A stretch of 31,336 nucleotides of DNA from Chloroflexota bacterium. GTDB lineage: Bacteria > Chloroflexota > Limnocylindria > Limnocylindrales > CSP1-4. Position 1 is the first letter of the stretch. Every line of letters starts with the position of its first letter. The notes beneath the pieces are model-generated. The model had not been told where the DNA came from and did not search any database. It saw nothing but the letters and a program-made list of their open reading frames with translations. Below are positions 30,684 through 31,336 of this stretch, piece after piece. The DNA is taken from contig JAJYXX010000263.1 in NCBI GenBank assembly GCA_021801545.1, positions 1-31,336 on the forward strand, given 5' to 3'. Both the position numbers and the translations under genes were made by a program.

Positions 30684-30714
30684 ACGACCCGGGTCGGCTG
30701 ACAGCCCGGGTCGT
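30684..30714. terminator. Hairpin between convergent plsY and zinc-ribbon genes
   Basis: ACGACCCGGG (30684-30693) and CCCGGGTCGT (30705-30714) form a perfect 10-bp stem; only a short U tract. Confidence 0.55.
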
Positions 30715-30767
30715 GGTTCGTCCTGGAGGGACCGGTGCCCGATGCACCGGGCCGTCGAGAGGAGTGG

Positions 30768-31133
30768 TCAGCCGCCGCGCATGCTCCGGAAGCAGTCGCT
30801 GCAGTAGACCGGCTTGCCGCTGGTCGGGCGGAACGGGACCTCGGCCTCACGGCCGCAGTTGCTGCAGGTGGCGGTGAACATCTCGCGCGGTCCGCGCTCG
30901 CGGCCACCGTAGCCGCCGCCACCGCCGTAACCGCCGCCACCGGCCCCGTAGCCGCCGCCGGTGCCATAACCACCGCCCGAGCCGGAGCCGCGAGCAGCCT
31001 TGCGACTCGCCCGGCAGCTCGGACAGCGACGCGGCTCGGTGAACCCGCGCTGCGCGTAGAAGTCCTGCTCGCTGGCGGTGAAGACGTACTGCTGGCCGCA
31101 GTCAGCACACGTCAGGGTTTTGTCCGTGTACAC
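30768..31133 (-). CDS. Double zinc-ribbon protein with Gly-rich linker, 121 aa
   Basis: CADC...CPSC zinc ribbon, GGGYG repeats, CSNC-x17-CSDC. Confidence 0.88.
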   Translation of the reverse strand: MYTDKTLTCADCGQQYVFTASEQDFYAQRGFTEPRRCPSCRASRKAARGSGSGGGYGTGGGYGAGGGGYGGGGGYGGRERGPREMFTATCSNCGREAEVPFRPTSGKPVYCSDCFRSMRGG

Positions 31134-31336
31134 AGAATCGAAACTCCTCTCGGTAGCCGCGCGATCCCTCGTGTTCTCGCGTCAGCCGTGAGAGGAGTCC
31201 GAGTCGGTCGTCGAGCTACGCTGTTTGTGGCCGCGGACCCTATCCCGCGGCGTTGATGGGCCGGAGTGTAGGGCCTCGGATCGTGCGTGTATAGAGGAAA
31301 CTGCACGGTTCCCGGCGGGCCTTCCGGTCCCCCGAA

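Overview
High-GC bacterial window (roughly 65-70% GC by eye; Chloroflexota- or Actinomycetota-like, host not determinable from sequence alone). The right ~5 kb is core genome: lpd plus E1 alpha/E1 beta of a branched-chain-type 2-oxoacid dehydrogenase, plsY and a zinc-ribbon protein. Everything left of ~26.1 kb is a dense defence island, mostly on the minus strand. Its backbone is a type I restriction-modification locus (hsdM-hsdS-hsdR). Nested inside it are two MntA/HepT toxin-antitoxin pairs (between hsdM and hsdS), a complete type II CBASS (cap4-cdnD-cap2-cap3) with a divergent HTH + ImmA/IrrE protease regulator pair, and a Schlafen(AlbA_2)-ATPase-like-wHTH gene translationally coupled to hsdR. 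Downstream of hsdR lie a minimal GIY-YIG nuclease and an intact YhaO/YhaN (Mre11/SMC-like) pair. The left 4.8 kb is decaying: a DUF3883-like relic, Xre-RES with a frameshifted toxin, an HNH gene split by a wHTH-MNT/HEPN cassette, and two IS21 istB relics. The best candidate for something new is the Schlafen gene sitting in the position PrrC occupies in type I RM loci, with its own operator. Family calls come from motifs read in the translations and from recalled family features; no database searches were run. No CRISPR array, tRNA, rRNA or integrase was seen.
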